From: Roseburia sp. CAG:303
Lineage (GTDB): Bacteria; Actinomycetota; Coriobacteriia; Coriobacteriales; Coriobacteriaceae
Assembly: GCA_963653375.1 (NCBI GenBank)
Contig: CAVJWJ010000001.1
Coordinates: 27,046-91,045 of the forward strand
Length of the DNA stretch: 64,000 nt
Direction of reading: 5' to 3'
Both the position numbers and the translations under genes were made by a program. Position 1 is the first letter of the stretch, and each line of letters starts with the position of its first letter. Below, one piece after another: positions 30,590-40,548 of the stretch. Below the pieces are notes generated by a model. The model saw only the letters and a list, made by a program, of their open reading frames with translations. It was not told the DNA's origin and ran no database searches.

Positions 30590-33082
30590 CTACATCAAGT
30601 CGTAGGCGTCAACATCGACACTCACACTGATACCCTTCTCGGGACCAATAGCAGCCAAGGCAGCGCTAATGCAATCTGAAATATGGTACCCCACAGGAGA
30701 CTTGCACATAAAGTGAAAACGATAGCGGTCTTTAGCACGCTCAATAACACAACTTGCAGGCCCTAGTAATACTGGGCGCTCGCGCGCATCGGGAACCAAC
30801 GAGGGAAGTTCAGCAGATGAGTCCATGCTCTCAGTCGCGGGTAAACTATCAATACGCCTTTTTACCTCGGCAGCTAAGCGCTCAATATAGCGACGAGCAG
30901 TGCGCCCATTTGGTCCCCAGACCAGCACATTGGTGAGGCGCACGTAGGGCGGGTAAAGCACCTCAGCCCGCTGTGCTAAATCATGTTCTGTAAAAATAGA
31001 ACGATCGTGCTTGGCGACTGCTTTAATAACGGGGTCATCCGGAAGATACGTTTGAATGATAACGCGACCAGGACGTTCTCCACGCCCACTGCGACCAGCA
31101 ACCTGTTCAAGCAAATCGTAGGCGCGTTCAGACGCACGAAAATCTGGCATCTTAAGTGCGTAGTCGGCGTTAATAACCCCCGCAAGGGTCACCTCAGGAA
31201 AGTCGAGACCCTTCGCAATCATTTGCGTGCCCAAAAGCACTGCACACTCAGCAGCATCAAAACGCTCAAGAAGCTCCTTATGAGCGTCTTTACCGCGCGT
31301 AGAATCGGCATCCATGCGAATAATCTCTACGCCTGCAGGCATAATTTGGCGCAGAGCATCTTCGACTTGCTGTGTACCCACACCCATCTTGGCAAGATAG
31401 CGGCTTCCACACTTAGGACAAGCAGAACCAGGAGCGGGATAGGGATTGATGTGGTAGATAGATCCGCAGGTATGGCACTCAAGCGTATGCGTACGCTCGT
31501 GATAGGTAAGCGCTGTGGAGCAATGCTTGCACGTGGGAACACATCCACACTCACGGCACATCAAAAACGGAGCAAAGCCGCGGCGATTATGCAGGAGCAC
31601 GGCCTTTTCACGGCGCTCAACCACCTCAAGCAAGGCGTCATGCAGTGTGTGAGAAAAGATTGAGCGGCTGCCATCGCGAAACTCGCGACGCAGATCCACC
31701 ACCATAACCTCAGGGAGACGAGCGACTCCCGGGCGCTCAGGCATCTCAACACGAAGCCAACGCTGGCCGTTATACTCTCCCGCCGCACTGCGCGCCAAAG
31801 ACTCGGCACTTGGCGTAGCCGAACCCAAAACAAGCGGACAGCCATAAACGCGAGCCATATAAGCTGCCACCTCGCGGGCATGGTAACGTGGACTCGAACC
31901 TTGCTTATAAGACTGCTCATGTTCCTCGTCGATGATGATAATCCCTGGGTTTTTAAGCGGGCAGAAGAGCGCCGAGCGTGCACCTACCACCACGCGAGCT
32001 GCACCAGAAGCAACCATGTCCCACTGATCCAAGCGCTCTCCAGCAGAAAGACGCGAGTGGAACACGGCAACAGCAGAGCCAAATCGCGAGCGAAAACGGC
32101 CTACGGTCTGTGCCGTAAGGGAGATCTCGGGAACCAACACGCAGGCAGAATGACCTTGAGTAAGAACACGCTCAATGGCAGAAAGATACACCTCTGTCTT
32201 GCCCGAACCTGTTACGCCATCAACAACAATGACATCACCAGTATTGGAAGCACAAGAAGTCTCAATAGTATCAAGAGCGCGCTGCTGCCCTACAGTAAGC
32301 GAGACAGGAGCTGCCGCCCGAGCAGACGAAAGCGTGGTCGTCGTGTCGCTTCCGCGCCAAGCGCGGCGCTCCACAACACGCACTACACCACGCGCTGTAA
32401 GCGACCGCACTACAGAAGACATGTCAGTATATAAAACGCGCAGCTCATGTGTGGTAACGGGACCACAGGCAAGAGCAGAAAGAAGCTGTCGCTGACGTGT
32501 GGCGTTCGCTGAAGGCTCAAACTCTCGGCCTTCTTCAGTCAGCTCAACCCAACGCTCGTGCGCCTCACGCACTGCCGGGCGCTCCACTTGATAGGTTCCA
32601 TCCTCAGTTTTTACCAGGCGTGAAGAGCCCCCTGGTGGAAGAAAGAGGCGCAAGCACTCAGCAACTGAAGCCACATACTCACGCGACATCCAAAAGGCAA
32701 TCTGAGCAGACTCACGGGTAAACGAAGGTGCAGCCAATACATCGCGAATAGGCTTTACGCGTGCAGGGTTTAGCCCTTCAGTTCCAGGAAGCTCTTCCAA
32801 CGACCCAGCACAAGCAACAACGTAGCCCAAGCAAGGTCGGCGCCCAAACGAGACCAACACGGTAGCACCCACCTGCGCCATCTCCGCCAAAGCTGCGGGC
32901 ACGGCATAGGCAAAGGGCTCAGACAAAGAGCGCGAAGGAATATCAACCAGCACCGAGACATAGGCGCCCACAGCAGCGTCCTCAGACGATGCGACAGCAG
33001 GAAAAGTAGAGGCACCCGCCATAGCGGGCACCTCCGTGTTAGACGTATTTAATTGCGGGAAAAGTTCCAGCTGATCTGTCAT
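30590..33082 (-). CDS. priA: Primosomal protein N' (replication restart helicase)
   Basis: 830 aa. Walker A is 'GVTGSGKTEVY', followed by 'IIIDEEHEQSYK'. The Cys-rich zinc region reads 'CRECGCVPTCKHCSTALTYH...CHTCG...CPKCGS'. Confidence 0.95.
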   Translation of the reverse strand: MTDQLELFPQLNTSNTEVPAMAGASTFPAVASSEDAAVGAYVSVLVDIPSRSLSEPFAYAVPAALAEMAQVGATVLVSFGRRPCLGYVVACAGSLEELPGTEGLNPARVKPIRDVLAAPSFTRESAQIAFWMSREYVASVAECLRLFLPPGGSSRLVKTEDGTYQVERPAVREAHERWVELTEEGREFEPSANATRQRQLLSALACGPVTTHELRVLYTDMSSVVRSLTARGVVRVVERRAWRGSDTTTTLSSARAAAPVSLTVGQQRALDTIETSCASNTGDVIVVDGVTGSGKTEVYLSAIERVLTQGHSACVLVPEISLTAQTVGRFRSRFGSAVAVFHSRLSAGERLDQWDMVASGAARVVVGARSALFCPLKNPGIIIIDEEHEQSYKQGSSPRYHAREVAAYMARVYGCPLVLGSATPSAESLARSAAGEYNGQRWLRVEMPERPGVARLPEVMVVDLRREFRDGSRSIFSHTLHDALLEVVERREKAVLLHNRRGFAPFLMCRECGCVPTCKHCSTALTYHERTHTLECHTCGSIYHINPYPAPGSACPKCGSRYLAKMGVGTQQVEDALRQIMPAGVEIIRMDADSTRGKDAHKELLERFDAAECAVLLGTQMIAKGLDFPEVTLAGVINADYALKMPDFRASERAYDLLEQVAGRSGRGERPGRVIIQTYLPDDPVIKAVAKHDRSIFTEHDLAQRAEVLYPPYVRLTNVLVWGPNGRTARRYIERLAAEVKRRIDSLPATESMDSSAELPSLVPDARERPVLLGPASCVIERAKDRYRFHFMCKSPVGYHISDCISAALAAIGPEKGISVSVDVDAYDLM

Positions 33083-33092
33083 CTATCGATGG

Positions 33093-34373
33093 TTACGCTA
33101 CGCCACACAGCGCGCGCAGTTCCTCAACGCGGTCGGTCTTTTCCCAAGTAAAATCAGGGTCCTCGCGACCAAAGTGACCATAGGCAGCAGTCTTCTCATA
33201 GATAGGACGACGCAGCTTAAGATCGCGAATAATAGCCCCCGGGCGCAGATCAAAGGTCTTATTGATAGCCTCAACAATCTTGTCCTCGTCAACATGCGAG
33301 GTACCAAACGTGTCGACCATAACAGAGAGCGGTTTAGAAACGCCAATGGCGTAAGCAAGCTCAATCTCACAGCGGTCGGCAAGACCAGCAGCTACCACGT
33401 TTTTGGCCACCCAACGCGCGGCGTAGGCAGCAGAACGGTCAACCTTAGTACAGTCCTTACCAGAGAAGGCACCGCCGCCGTGACGGCCAAAACCACCGTA
33501 GGTATCCACGATAATCTTGCGGCCGGTAAGACCGGTGTCTCCCATGGGGCCACCCACAACAAAGCGACCAGTAGGATTGACATAAAGATCAGCGCCGCTC
33601 CAGTCAATGCCCTCGGCATCCATAACCGGAGTGATAACGTGCTCCACCATGTCGCGCTTGATGATGTCCATGTCCTCAATCTCGGCAGCATGCTGTGTAG
33701 AGATAACGATGGTATCAACACCCACAGGACGCCCGTCCTCATAGCGGACTGTTACCTGGGTCTTACCATCGGGACGCAGATACGGCAAGGTGCCATTGTG
33801 ACGAACAGCGGCAAGGCGCTCAGCCAAACGGCTTGCCAGATAATGAGGCATAGGCATAAGAGTCGACGTCTCGTTAGAGGCATAACCAAACATCATGCCT
33901 TGGTCGCCCGCACCAATAAGGTCAATGGGGTCGGTGGTTTTTCCCGTTTGAGTCTCGTAAGACTCATCAACGCCCTGGGCAATATCGGGGCTCTGCTCAT
34001 GAATGAGGCTCATGACGCCGCAGGTCTCGCAGTCAAACCCAAACTTTGCACGGTCATATCCAATACGGCGAATGGTATTACGAGCAATTTCCTGCACATC
34101 AACGTAAGCTTGCGTACGAATCTCACCAGCCACAATCACCGTGCCAGTTGTAACAAGAGTTTCGCACGCGCAGCGCACATTATCGACATTTGCTGGCACG
34201 CCATTAGGGGCAACGTAGCCCTGGGCTTGCAGCAGCGCCTCCTTTTCTAGGATGGCATCGAGAATGGCGTCCGAAACCTGATCGGCAATCTTGTCGGGAT
34301 GGCCCTCGGTCACCGACTCCGACGTAAAGACAAACGATCCTGTATCGGCGGTGGAACGATTCTGAACTGGCAT
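33093..34373 (-). CDS. metK: S-adenosylmethionine synthase
   Basis: Motifs '[15 protein letters not shown]', '[12 protein letters not shown]' and 'GGGAFSGKD'. The start is taken at the ATG at 34373, preceded by AAAGGGG. The track ORF extends 13 codons further upstream. Confidence 0.96.
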   Translation of the reverse strand: MPVQNRSTADTGSFVFTSESVTEGHPDKIADQVSDAILDAILEKEALLQAQGYVAPNGVPANVDNVRCACETLVTTGTVIVAGEIRTQAYVDVQEIARNTIRRIGYDRAKFGFDCETCGVMSLIHEQSPDIAQGVDESYETQTGKTTDPIDLIGAGDQGMMFGYASNETSTLMPMPHYLASRLAERLAAVRHNGTLPYLRPDGKTQVTVRYEDGRPVGVDTIVISTQHAAEIEDMDIIKRDMVEHVITPVMDAEGIDWSGADLYVNPTGRFVVGGPMGDTGLTGRKIIVDTYGGFGRHGGGAFSGKDCTKVDRSAAYAARWVAKNVVAAGLADRCEIELAYAIGVSKPLSVMVDTFGTSHVDEDKIVEAINKTFDLRPGAIIRDLKLRRPIYEKTAAYGHFGREDPDFTWEKTDRVEELRALCGVA

Positions 34374-34559
34374 AAGAGCCCCTTTCATCGAGCGCCCGAC
34401 GACCGTTACCATTCCGCCGGGCTAAGTATGCGAGCGGTATTGTACCCCCAAGTCACGTAACTATCCGTGCACATTACCCATGAGCTTTATGGGTGCATGT
34501 TAGAATAGGCGACCGTTAAGCTACTCAGTAATCCCATACGTTCGAGGGTCGAATTAATC

Positions 34560-35513
34560 ATGGACTTTATGACCATCTTCCTGCAGATGCTTACGCTCTG
34601 CATTCCCATTATTGCCGGCGTCCTTGCTGCACGCCTGGGATATTTGAATGAGCACATTAACACCGCCATTACCAAGCTCATTATGAATATCACCCTGCCC
34701 AGTATGGTGATTGCCTCCGTGGGTTCCAACGACACACTACCTGAGCAGAGCGTTATCCTCACGCTACTTGCGCTTTCCTGCTTGGGATATGCCATTGCCG
34801 CCTTTATTGCATATGCGGTCACCGCACTCATGCGCACTCCGCAGGCAGAACGTAGTGCTTGGCATTTCTCCATTACCTTTGGCAATGTAGGCTTTATTGG
34901 CTACCCTGCGCTCTCCGCCATCTTTGGACCATCTGCCGTGCTCTACGCAGCTATCGCCAATATCCCGTTCAACCTCTTTAACTTTAGTATTGGTGCTGCC
35001 ATGGTAAAAGCAGGCGCCCAGAAAGAGAAAGAGGATAAGCAGCTCGACCTTGGCGATCGCATTCGGGACATGATACGCGACATGGTTAACCCCACGTTTA
35101 TTGCAAGCTTTATGCTTTTAGCACTTGTGCTTTTGGGTGTTCACGACTTAGGCATCCTCGGTGATGGCCTTTCCACCATTGGTGGATTTACTACGCCAGC
35201 TGTACTGTTGGTATTGGGAGCTACTCTTGCTGCTTACGACGTGCGTGAGATGTTTGGAAACTGGCGCGCCTACGTGGCGGGCATTGCACGTCTCGCCATT
35301 GTGCCCATCGCGATTTTGTTGTTGCTGGGCGGCCACATTACCGATGATCTAGCACGCGGCGTTCTTGTAGTAGGAAGCGCGATGCCCGCAGCCAGCAACG
35401 GAGTACTCTTTAGCCTGCTCTATGACGTAGACCCCAAACCTATGATGCAGGCAAACTTTGTAACCATCATAGCCTCGGTGGTCACTATTCCACTCATTGC
35501 GCTGCTGGTGTAA
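34560..35513 (+). CDS. AEC (auxin efflux carrier) family transporter
   Basis: 317 aa with about 10 hydrophobic helices. 'GSAMPAASNGVLFS' is typical of AEC/malate-permease-type proteins. Confidence 0.7.
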   Translation: MDFMTIFLQMLTLCIPIIAGVLAARLGYLNEHINTAITKLIMNITLPSMVIASVGSNDTLPEQSVILTLLALSCLGYAIAAFIAYAVTALMRTPQAERSAWHFSITFGNVGFIGYPALSAIFGPSAVLYAAIANIPFNLFNFSIGAAMVKAGAQKEKEDKQLDLGDRIRDMIRDMVNPTFIASFMLLALVLLGVHDLGILGDGLSTIGGFTTPAVLLVLGATLAAYDVREMFGNWRAYVAGIARLAIVPIAILLLLGGHITDDLARGVLVVGSAMPAASNGVLFSLLYDVDPKPMMQANFVTIIASVVTIPLIALLV

Positions 35514-35552
35514 TGACGTACGTTTTACGTTCTACATACGCTCCGTGTGCAC

Positions 35553-38159
35553 TTATGCGAGCCTTAAACGCTCAGGACGAAGCACACGACGACACAGAGC
35601 AAACACTATTGACAGCAGAAGAGCAGCTACGGCCACAACACCTGCAGCTATAAACACGCCGGAAGCGGGTGCCATGCCAGCACAAACACGACGCAAAGCG
35701 CAGGACAGCTGCGGAACTGGCAAGAACGTAAACACCGAGAGGACATCTGCAGCCATTGAACTCGGGAGTAACGCTCCTGCCGTACACAACTGAAGAACTA
35801 ATACGCCCAGCGAAACCGGCGTAGCATACCGATTGCACATGATGCGAAGTAGCTGCTGAATAGCAGCAATGGCAACGGCATTTGCAGCAAGCACAAGCCC
35901 GGCCCACGCAAGACTTTGCCCAGAGACACCCATGCAGATCGCTGCAATAATAAGCAATCCAGCCTGCGCCAGCGACACCAACAGCAACGGAGTAAACGAA
36001 GCAACAACGGCACGCAACGTGCGCCCGCGAACAGCACGACGCACATCGAGCGCAGGCAGCAAGGCAGAAGCAGCCAAAATGCCACACCACAGCGCGGCAG
36101 CAAAGGCAGGAGCAGCCGCAGAGGTAAACGTAGAGCGTTGCGCGTGCACGCTTGAGGCATTAAAGGAAAGAGGATTGGCAGCCACTTTTGCTCGGTCACT
36201 GCTACTAGAAGAGACGCTCGATAGCTTTTCCCCGGCAGTGTCCATAACATCGGTAAGCTGCGCAGACGCATCCTTGAGCTGACCTATGCCAGAGCCAATT
36301 CCACTTGAAGCTTGTGCCATGGCCGTAATGCCACTGCCTAAGCCAGACGCTCCTGTGCTCACGCCAGAAAGGGCACTCCCCAGCGCAGAAGCACCGGTAC
36401 CGATAGCCGAAACCGCAGTAGACAGAGGTGAGAGGGCTTGCGTCAAAGAAGATACACCCAAAGCAAGACCACTTGCACCAGCACCAACACTACCCGTAGA
36501 CGCAAGCTCGCTACCAACCAAAACAACACCTTGCCCAATCTGACTTACGCTCTCCCCCAACCCGGACACATAACCTTCCTCGCCTGGCTGGCCAGAACCC
36601 ACCAGCGCACGTTGAACAGTAAGTAGATTTACCAGTACCGACATTGCAGGCTTAGCAACCTGACCCGCCAAGCCAGTAACCTGCTGCGCGTCTGCATCCA
36701 TCTGTTTTGTGGCTGCAGCATAGGCGTCCTGAGCCTGCGCGAGCTCTGTACGAGCATCCGCAGCATCACTAAGGGAACTATCAACCTCATGCGCAGTTCC
36801 AGCAAGGCTCACAGCCGAAGAAGCAGCATCCACGATATTCTGAGAAAGCGTTGCACGCATATCCTTTAGAGCCTGTAGCTGAGAAACAGCTGCATCGAGC
36901 TTAGTTTTTAGGCTTGGCAGGTTATCAGCCGCATCCGCCTGAGCCATAGCTTCTGCTACCTGCGTCACTGTTTTAGTCACGGCATCAATCTGTGTATCAA
37001 TCTGCTCAAGTTGTTGCTTAATGCCCGCGTGCTGCTCCGCCTCAGTCTCTTGGCTACCATCAAGCATGTATACAAGCTTAGTAGTATCAGAAGACATCTC
37101 TTTTGCCTTTGCTTGTGCGTTATCAAGCTTAGAGGTTACCTGAGAGGCAGAATCATTCACACGCCCAGCAGCCTCACGCGTTGCAACAAGAGAGTTTGTA
37201 AGAGAACCCGCTGCAGTAGCAAGTTGTGGTACCGTCGCAGACAACGCAGCCGCATCCTCGTTGTTGGCAGAAATGCCCTGGCCTAACTGTGTAAGTACAC
37301 CACCGATCTCCACCAAGCTCGTACCCATACCTTGTGTGGCAGTGCCCATGGTATCGAGGCCCGTTGCCAAAGCATGCGCGCCCGTACCCATTGGCTCAAC
37401 AAGCTGGGTGTTCACCGTATCAAGTCCTGTTGCCACCGCCTGAGCGCCCGTACCCAAGGCATCCACGCCCGAAGCAATCTGAGTCGTGCCAGAGGCAAGT
37501 GCTTCCGCGCCAGAAGCTACCTGATCCAAGCCCTCACCAAGTGCGATTGCACCCTCAGACAGAGCATCGTAGCCTTGGTCGAGCATAACAGCGCCGTCTG
37601 CAGCAAGCATAAGCTTACTTGCCTGCCCATTTACCGAACTCAAAACCGAAAGCAGATAGTTCTCTCCCAAATCTCGTTTGAGCTGCGCTTGAACCTGCTT
37701 CAACGTGGCAGAGCCCACACGCGTAGCTAGGATATTCTCGGCCCCCGAGGAAACGATGTTAATTACAGCCTTTGAAGGTGAGCCGGTATTTACACTCTCA
37801 ACGTCTTGCGAGTAATCCGCAGGAATTTTGACCACAAGTGCATAGGTTCCATCCTCAAGGCCAGCATCTGCTGTTGTCTCGTCCACAAAATCCCATAGCA
37901 GGTCGTCATTGTCCTCAAGCGTGTCCACAACATCTTGACCTGCATGAACCTTAACACCGTCGTCTGTGGTGCAGCCTTTGTCTAGGTTGACCACCGCTAC
38001 GGGAATGCGGTTTGTTTGATCGAGTGAAGACGAAAGACATAGGGCTCCCGCCAATGCAATACCAAGGGGAAGCAGCACGAGTACCGCCACATAAAGCACT
38101 CGATTGCACCCACGAATCAGGCGCGAGAAGGAATTTGTAAACGAGGAGACAAAACCCAT
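35553..38159 (-). CDS. YhgE/Pip domain-containing membrane protein
   Basis: An N-terminal TM helix is followed by 'IPVAVVNLDKG', as in YhgE/Pip N-domains. A long Ala/Gly/Thr/Leu-rich central region carries xxxLxxG-type heptad repeats ('GAEALASGTTQIASGVDALGTGAQAVATGLDT...'). The C-terminus forms a multi-TM bundle. The start is set at the ATG at 38159, 2 nt after the upstream stop. Confidence 0.8.
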   Translation of the reverse strand: MGFVSSFTNSFSRLIRGCNRVLYVAVLVLLPLGIALAGALCLSSSLDQTNRIPVAVVNLDKGCTTDDGVKVHAGQDVVDTLEDNDDLLWDFVDETTADAGLEDGTYALVVKIPADYSQDVESVNTGSPSKAVINIVSSGAENILATRVGSATLKQVQAQLKRDLGENYLLSVLSSVNGQASKLMLAADGAVMLDQGYDALSEGAIALGEGLDQVASGAEALASGTTQIASGVDALGTGAQAVATGLDTVNTQLVEPMGTGAHALATGLDTMGTATQGMGTSLVEIGGVLTQLGQGISANNEDAAALSATVPQLATAAGSLTNSLVATREAAGRVNDSASQVTSKLDNAQAKAKEMSSDTTKLVYMLDGSQETEAEQHAGIKQQLEQIDTQIDAVTKTVTQVAEAMAQADAADNLPSLKTKLDAAVSQLQALKDMRATLSQNIVDAASSAVSLAGTAHEVDSSLSDAADARTELAQAQDAYAAATKQMDADAQQVTGLAGQVAKPAMSVLVNLLTVQRALVGSGQPGEEGYVSGLGESVSQIGQGVVLVGSELASTGSVGAGASGLALGVSSLTQALSPLSTAVSAIGTGASALGSALSGVSTGASGLGSGITAMAQASSGIGSGIGQLKDASAQLTDVMDTAGEKLSSVSSSSSDRAKVAANPLSFNASSVHAQRSTFTSAAAPAFAAALWCGILAASALLPALDVRRAVRGRTLRAVVASFTPLLLVSLAQAGLLIIAAICMGVSGQSLAWAGLVLAANAVAIAAIQQLLRIMCNRYATPVSLGVLVLQLCTAGALLPSSMAADVLSVFTFLPVPQLSCALRRVCAGMAPASGVFIAAGVVAVAALLLSIVFALCRRVLRPERLRLA

Positions 38160-38161
38160 AG

Positions 38162-38899
38162 TTAGCAAACCTCCTGAAGAGGCAACGGAGTAGTTGAGGC
38201 ATCCGAAGCCATATCGAGAGCTACACAAACGTCAGCTGCACGATAAACATCCGCATCACACGTTCCCAAGAGAAAACAGGTTTTATGCGCCCGTGCAAAT
38301 GAGCACAAATCTGCAATAAGGGCTTTTGCATCCAACGCGGTAAGCCCACAGCAAAATGCATCGGTCAGGTCTACCACTGAAACAGTCGGAGTACCAACAG
38401 CAGCAAGCGTTGCCGAAAGGCGAGCGCGTGCAGCAGGTTCCAAGTATTCAATCGGTCGGTCTGCGTGCGTAGCAATACCAAAGGCTGCAAGATGGCGAAG
38501 CGTTGCCTCTTCACCCATCCTACGAAGTCCGCAGGCAGACTCCTCGTGGCGAAGTACCTCTTCAACCGTTAGATGTTCGTCAAGATCTGCAACTCCAGAA
38601 AGAACTCCCATGCCAACAGGTGCATGGTACAAGGAGAATGAAGTCCGACGCAAAGAACGAGCATCATCTGAGCCCCACGTCACAGAGCCTCGTGTAAGAC
38701 GAACCAGCCCCGCAGCAGCTAGAAGCACATCGCGCACCGGTGCTCGATCCAGTGCATAAGCAGCAGCAATCTCACCCACATGCACAGTAAAAGAGACAAA
38801 CTCAAACGAACGATAGCCAGACACAACATAAGAAGCATCGTTCAGGGTAAGCAAGGGTGCTTCTTGAGAACTATGAGCAACGGAGATGGTATCAGCCAC
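38162..38899 (-). CDS. ABC-ATPase-like protein with degenerate catalytic motifs (pseudo-NBD)
   Basis: The protein is collinear with ABC NBDs, but every catalytic motif is replaced. The Walker A position reads 'YALDRAPVRD', the signature position 'LEPAARARL', Walker B 'VSVVDLTDAF' and the H-loop position 'LLGTCDAD'. The GTG at 38899 follows AGGGGAG, whereas the track ORF starts at a GTG at 38923. Confidence 0.6.
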   Translation of the reverse strand: MADTISVAHSSQEAPLLTLNDASYVVSGYRSFEFVSFTVHVGEIAAAYALDRAPVRDVLLAAAGLVRLTRGSVTWGSDDARSLRRTSFSLYHAPVGMGVLSGVADLDEHLTVEEVLRHEESACGLRRMGEEATLRHLAAFGIATHADRPIEYLEPAARARLSATLAAVGTPTVSVVDLTDAFCCGLTALDAKALIADLCSFARAHKTCFLLGTCDADVYRAADVCVALDMASDASTTPLPLQEVC

Positions 38900-39039
38900 G
38901 GTTTCTCCCCTGAGAATAGGCACGCGAGTTACAAGCGCGAATTTCTATCAATCTTGCCCCAAAACGCAGAGCCGCGCCACCACATGTTGCAGTGTCCTAT
39001 AATGCATGCGTTGCAAACACACGAAACCAAGGAGCATCC

Positions 39040-40521
39040 ATGAGCTCAAACGTCCGCGTACGTTTCGCGCCCTCGCCCACCGGCAAGCTGCATATTGGCG
39101 GCGCGCGCACCGCTATCTATAACTGGGCCTTTGCCCGTGCCAACGGCGGAACTTTTATCCTGCGTATCGATGACACCGATCCCGAACGTTCTACAGACGA
39201 GAACACTCAGATTATTCTGCGTGCCATGCGCTGGCTCGGTCTTGACTGGGACGAGGGTCCCGAGGTTGGTGGCGAGCATGGCCCCTATGCTCAGACTGAG
39301 CGCCTCGACCTTTATCGCCAGGCTGCTCAGCGTTTGTGGGACGAAGGCCGCGCCTACCCCTGCTTCTGCTCTGCCGAAAAGCTCGCAGCCGACCGTGAGG
39401 CTGCCCAGGCTCGCAAGGATCCCTTCCAGGGTTACCAGCGCACTTGCCGCGATATCGACCCAGACGAGGCGTGCGCACGCATTGCCGCAGGCGAAAAGTA
39501 TGTCCTGCGTATTAAGGTTCCTGAAGATCGCGGCGATGTAGTGATTCACGACGCGGTACATGGCGACGTAACCTTCAATGCCCGCGAGCTTGACGACTTT
39601 GTCATCTTCCGCTCCGATGGTACCCCCACGTACAACTTTGCCACCGTGGTGGACGACGCCATGATGGGCATTACGCACGTCATTCGTGGCGACGACCATC
39701 TCTCCAACACGCCGCGTCAGGTTATGGTCTATGAGGCCTTGGGTGCGCCTGTTCCGGAATTTGCCCACATCTCCATGATTCTTGGCGCCGATGGCAAGAA
39801 ACTCTCGAAGCGCCATGGCGCAACCTCCGTTGAGGAATATCGCGATGCTGGCTATCTCTCCGACGCCTTTGTGAACTACCTGGCTCTGCTTGGCTGGTCC
39901 CTTGATGGCGAGACAACAATTGTTCCGCGCGATGTACTGGCCTCAAAGTTCTCACTTGACCACGTGTCTAAGAATCCCGCAACCTTTGACCCCAAGAAGC
40001 TCGACTGGATTCAGGCCGAGTACATCCACTCAATGACCGATACTGAGTTTGCCGACCAGATTATGGCTCCCGAACTGCACGAAGCCGGCCTTGTTGAGGG
40101 CAACCTTGAGTACGATGAGGCCTGGATTGATGCGCTGGCTGCAATCGTAAAGCCGCGCACCAAGTTCCCAGCCGATGTTGCAGGCATTTGTGCCCCTGTC
40201 TTCGCCACTGCCGACACGCTTGAGTACGACGAGAAGTCTGTTGCCAAAGGCTTGGCCAAAGAAGGCATGGCAGCAATCCTTGATGCGGCAACCTCTGCTT
40301 TGGAGGCTCTTGACGAGGATAGCTGGACTCCCGAAGCCATCGATGGAGCACTCGAGCCGCTCCCCGAGGCGCTCGACCTCAAGAAGCGCATTGTCTTCCA
40401 GGCTGTTCGCGTAGCCGTCTGCGGCAACATGGTTAGCCCCCCACTCGGCGAGACCATGGCCCTTATTGGCCGCGCCGACTGCCTTGCACGCATTGCACGC
40501 GGCCGCTCTATGGCGCTCTAG
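39040..40521 (+). CDS. gltX: Glutamate--tRNA ligase
   Basis: HIGH motif 'PTGKLHIGGARTA' and KMSKS motif 'KKLSKRHG'. The start at the ATG at 39040 follows AAGGAG. The track ORF begins 16 codons earlier. Confidence 0.95.
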   Translation: MSSNVRVRFAPSPTGKLHIGGARTAIYNWAFARANGGTFILRIDDTDPERSTDENTQIILRAMRWLGLDWDEGPEVGGEHGPYAQTERLDLYRQAAQRLWDEGRAYPCFCSAEKLAADREAAQARKDPFQGYQRTCRDIDPDEACARIAAGEKYVLRIKVPEDRGDVVIHDAVHGDVTFNARELDDFVIFRSDGTPTYNFATVVDDAMMGITHVIRGDDHLSNTPRQVMVYEALGAPVPEFAHISMILGADGKKLSKRHGATSVEEYRDAGYLSDAFVNYLALLGWSLDGETTIVPRDVLASKFSLDHVSKNPATFDPKKLDWIQAEYIHSMTDTEFADQIMAPELHEAGLVEGNLEYDEAWIDALAAIVKPRTKFPADVAGICAPVFATADTLEYDEKSVAKGLAKEGMAAILDAATSALEALDEDSWTPEAIDGALEPLPEALDLKKRIVFQAVRVAVCGNMVSPPLGETMALIGRADCLARIARGRSMAL

Positions 40522-40548
40522 TTTTACCTTATCCACAGGAGTTGGCCC

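Noticed and set aside
34374-34559. A possible SAM riboswitch in the 186-nt leader between metK and the divergent AEC transporter gene.
   Set aside because: I looked on the minus strand for SAM-I, SAM-IV and SAM-VI hallmarks and found no convincing conserved core or a clear SD-sequestering helix. Only a short hairpin (ACCCAT...ATGGGT) is present. A covariance-model scan (Rfam SAM families) would settle it, and I do not call it.
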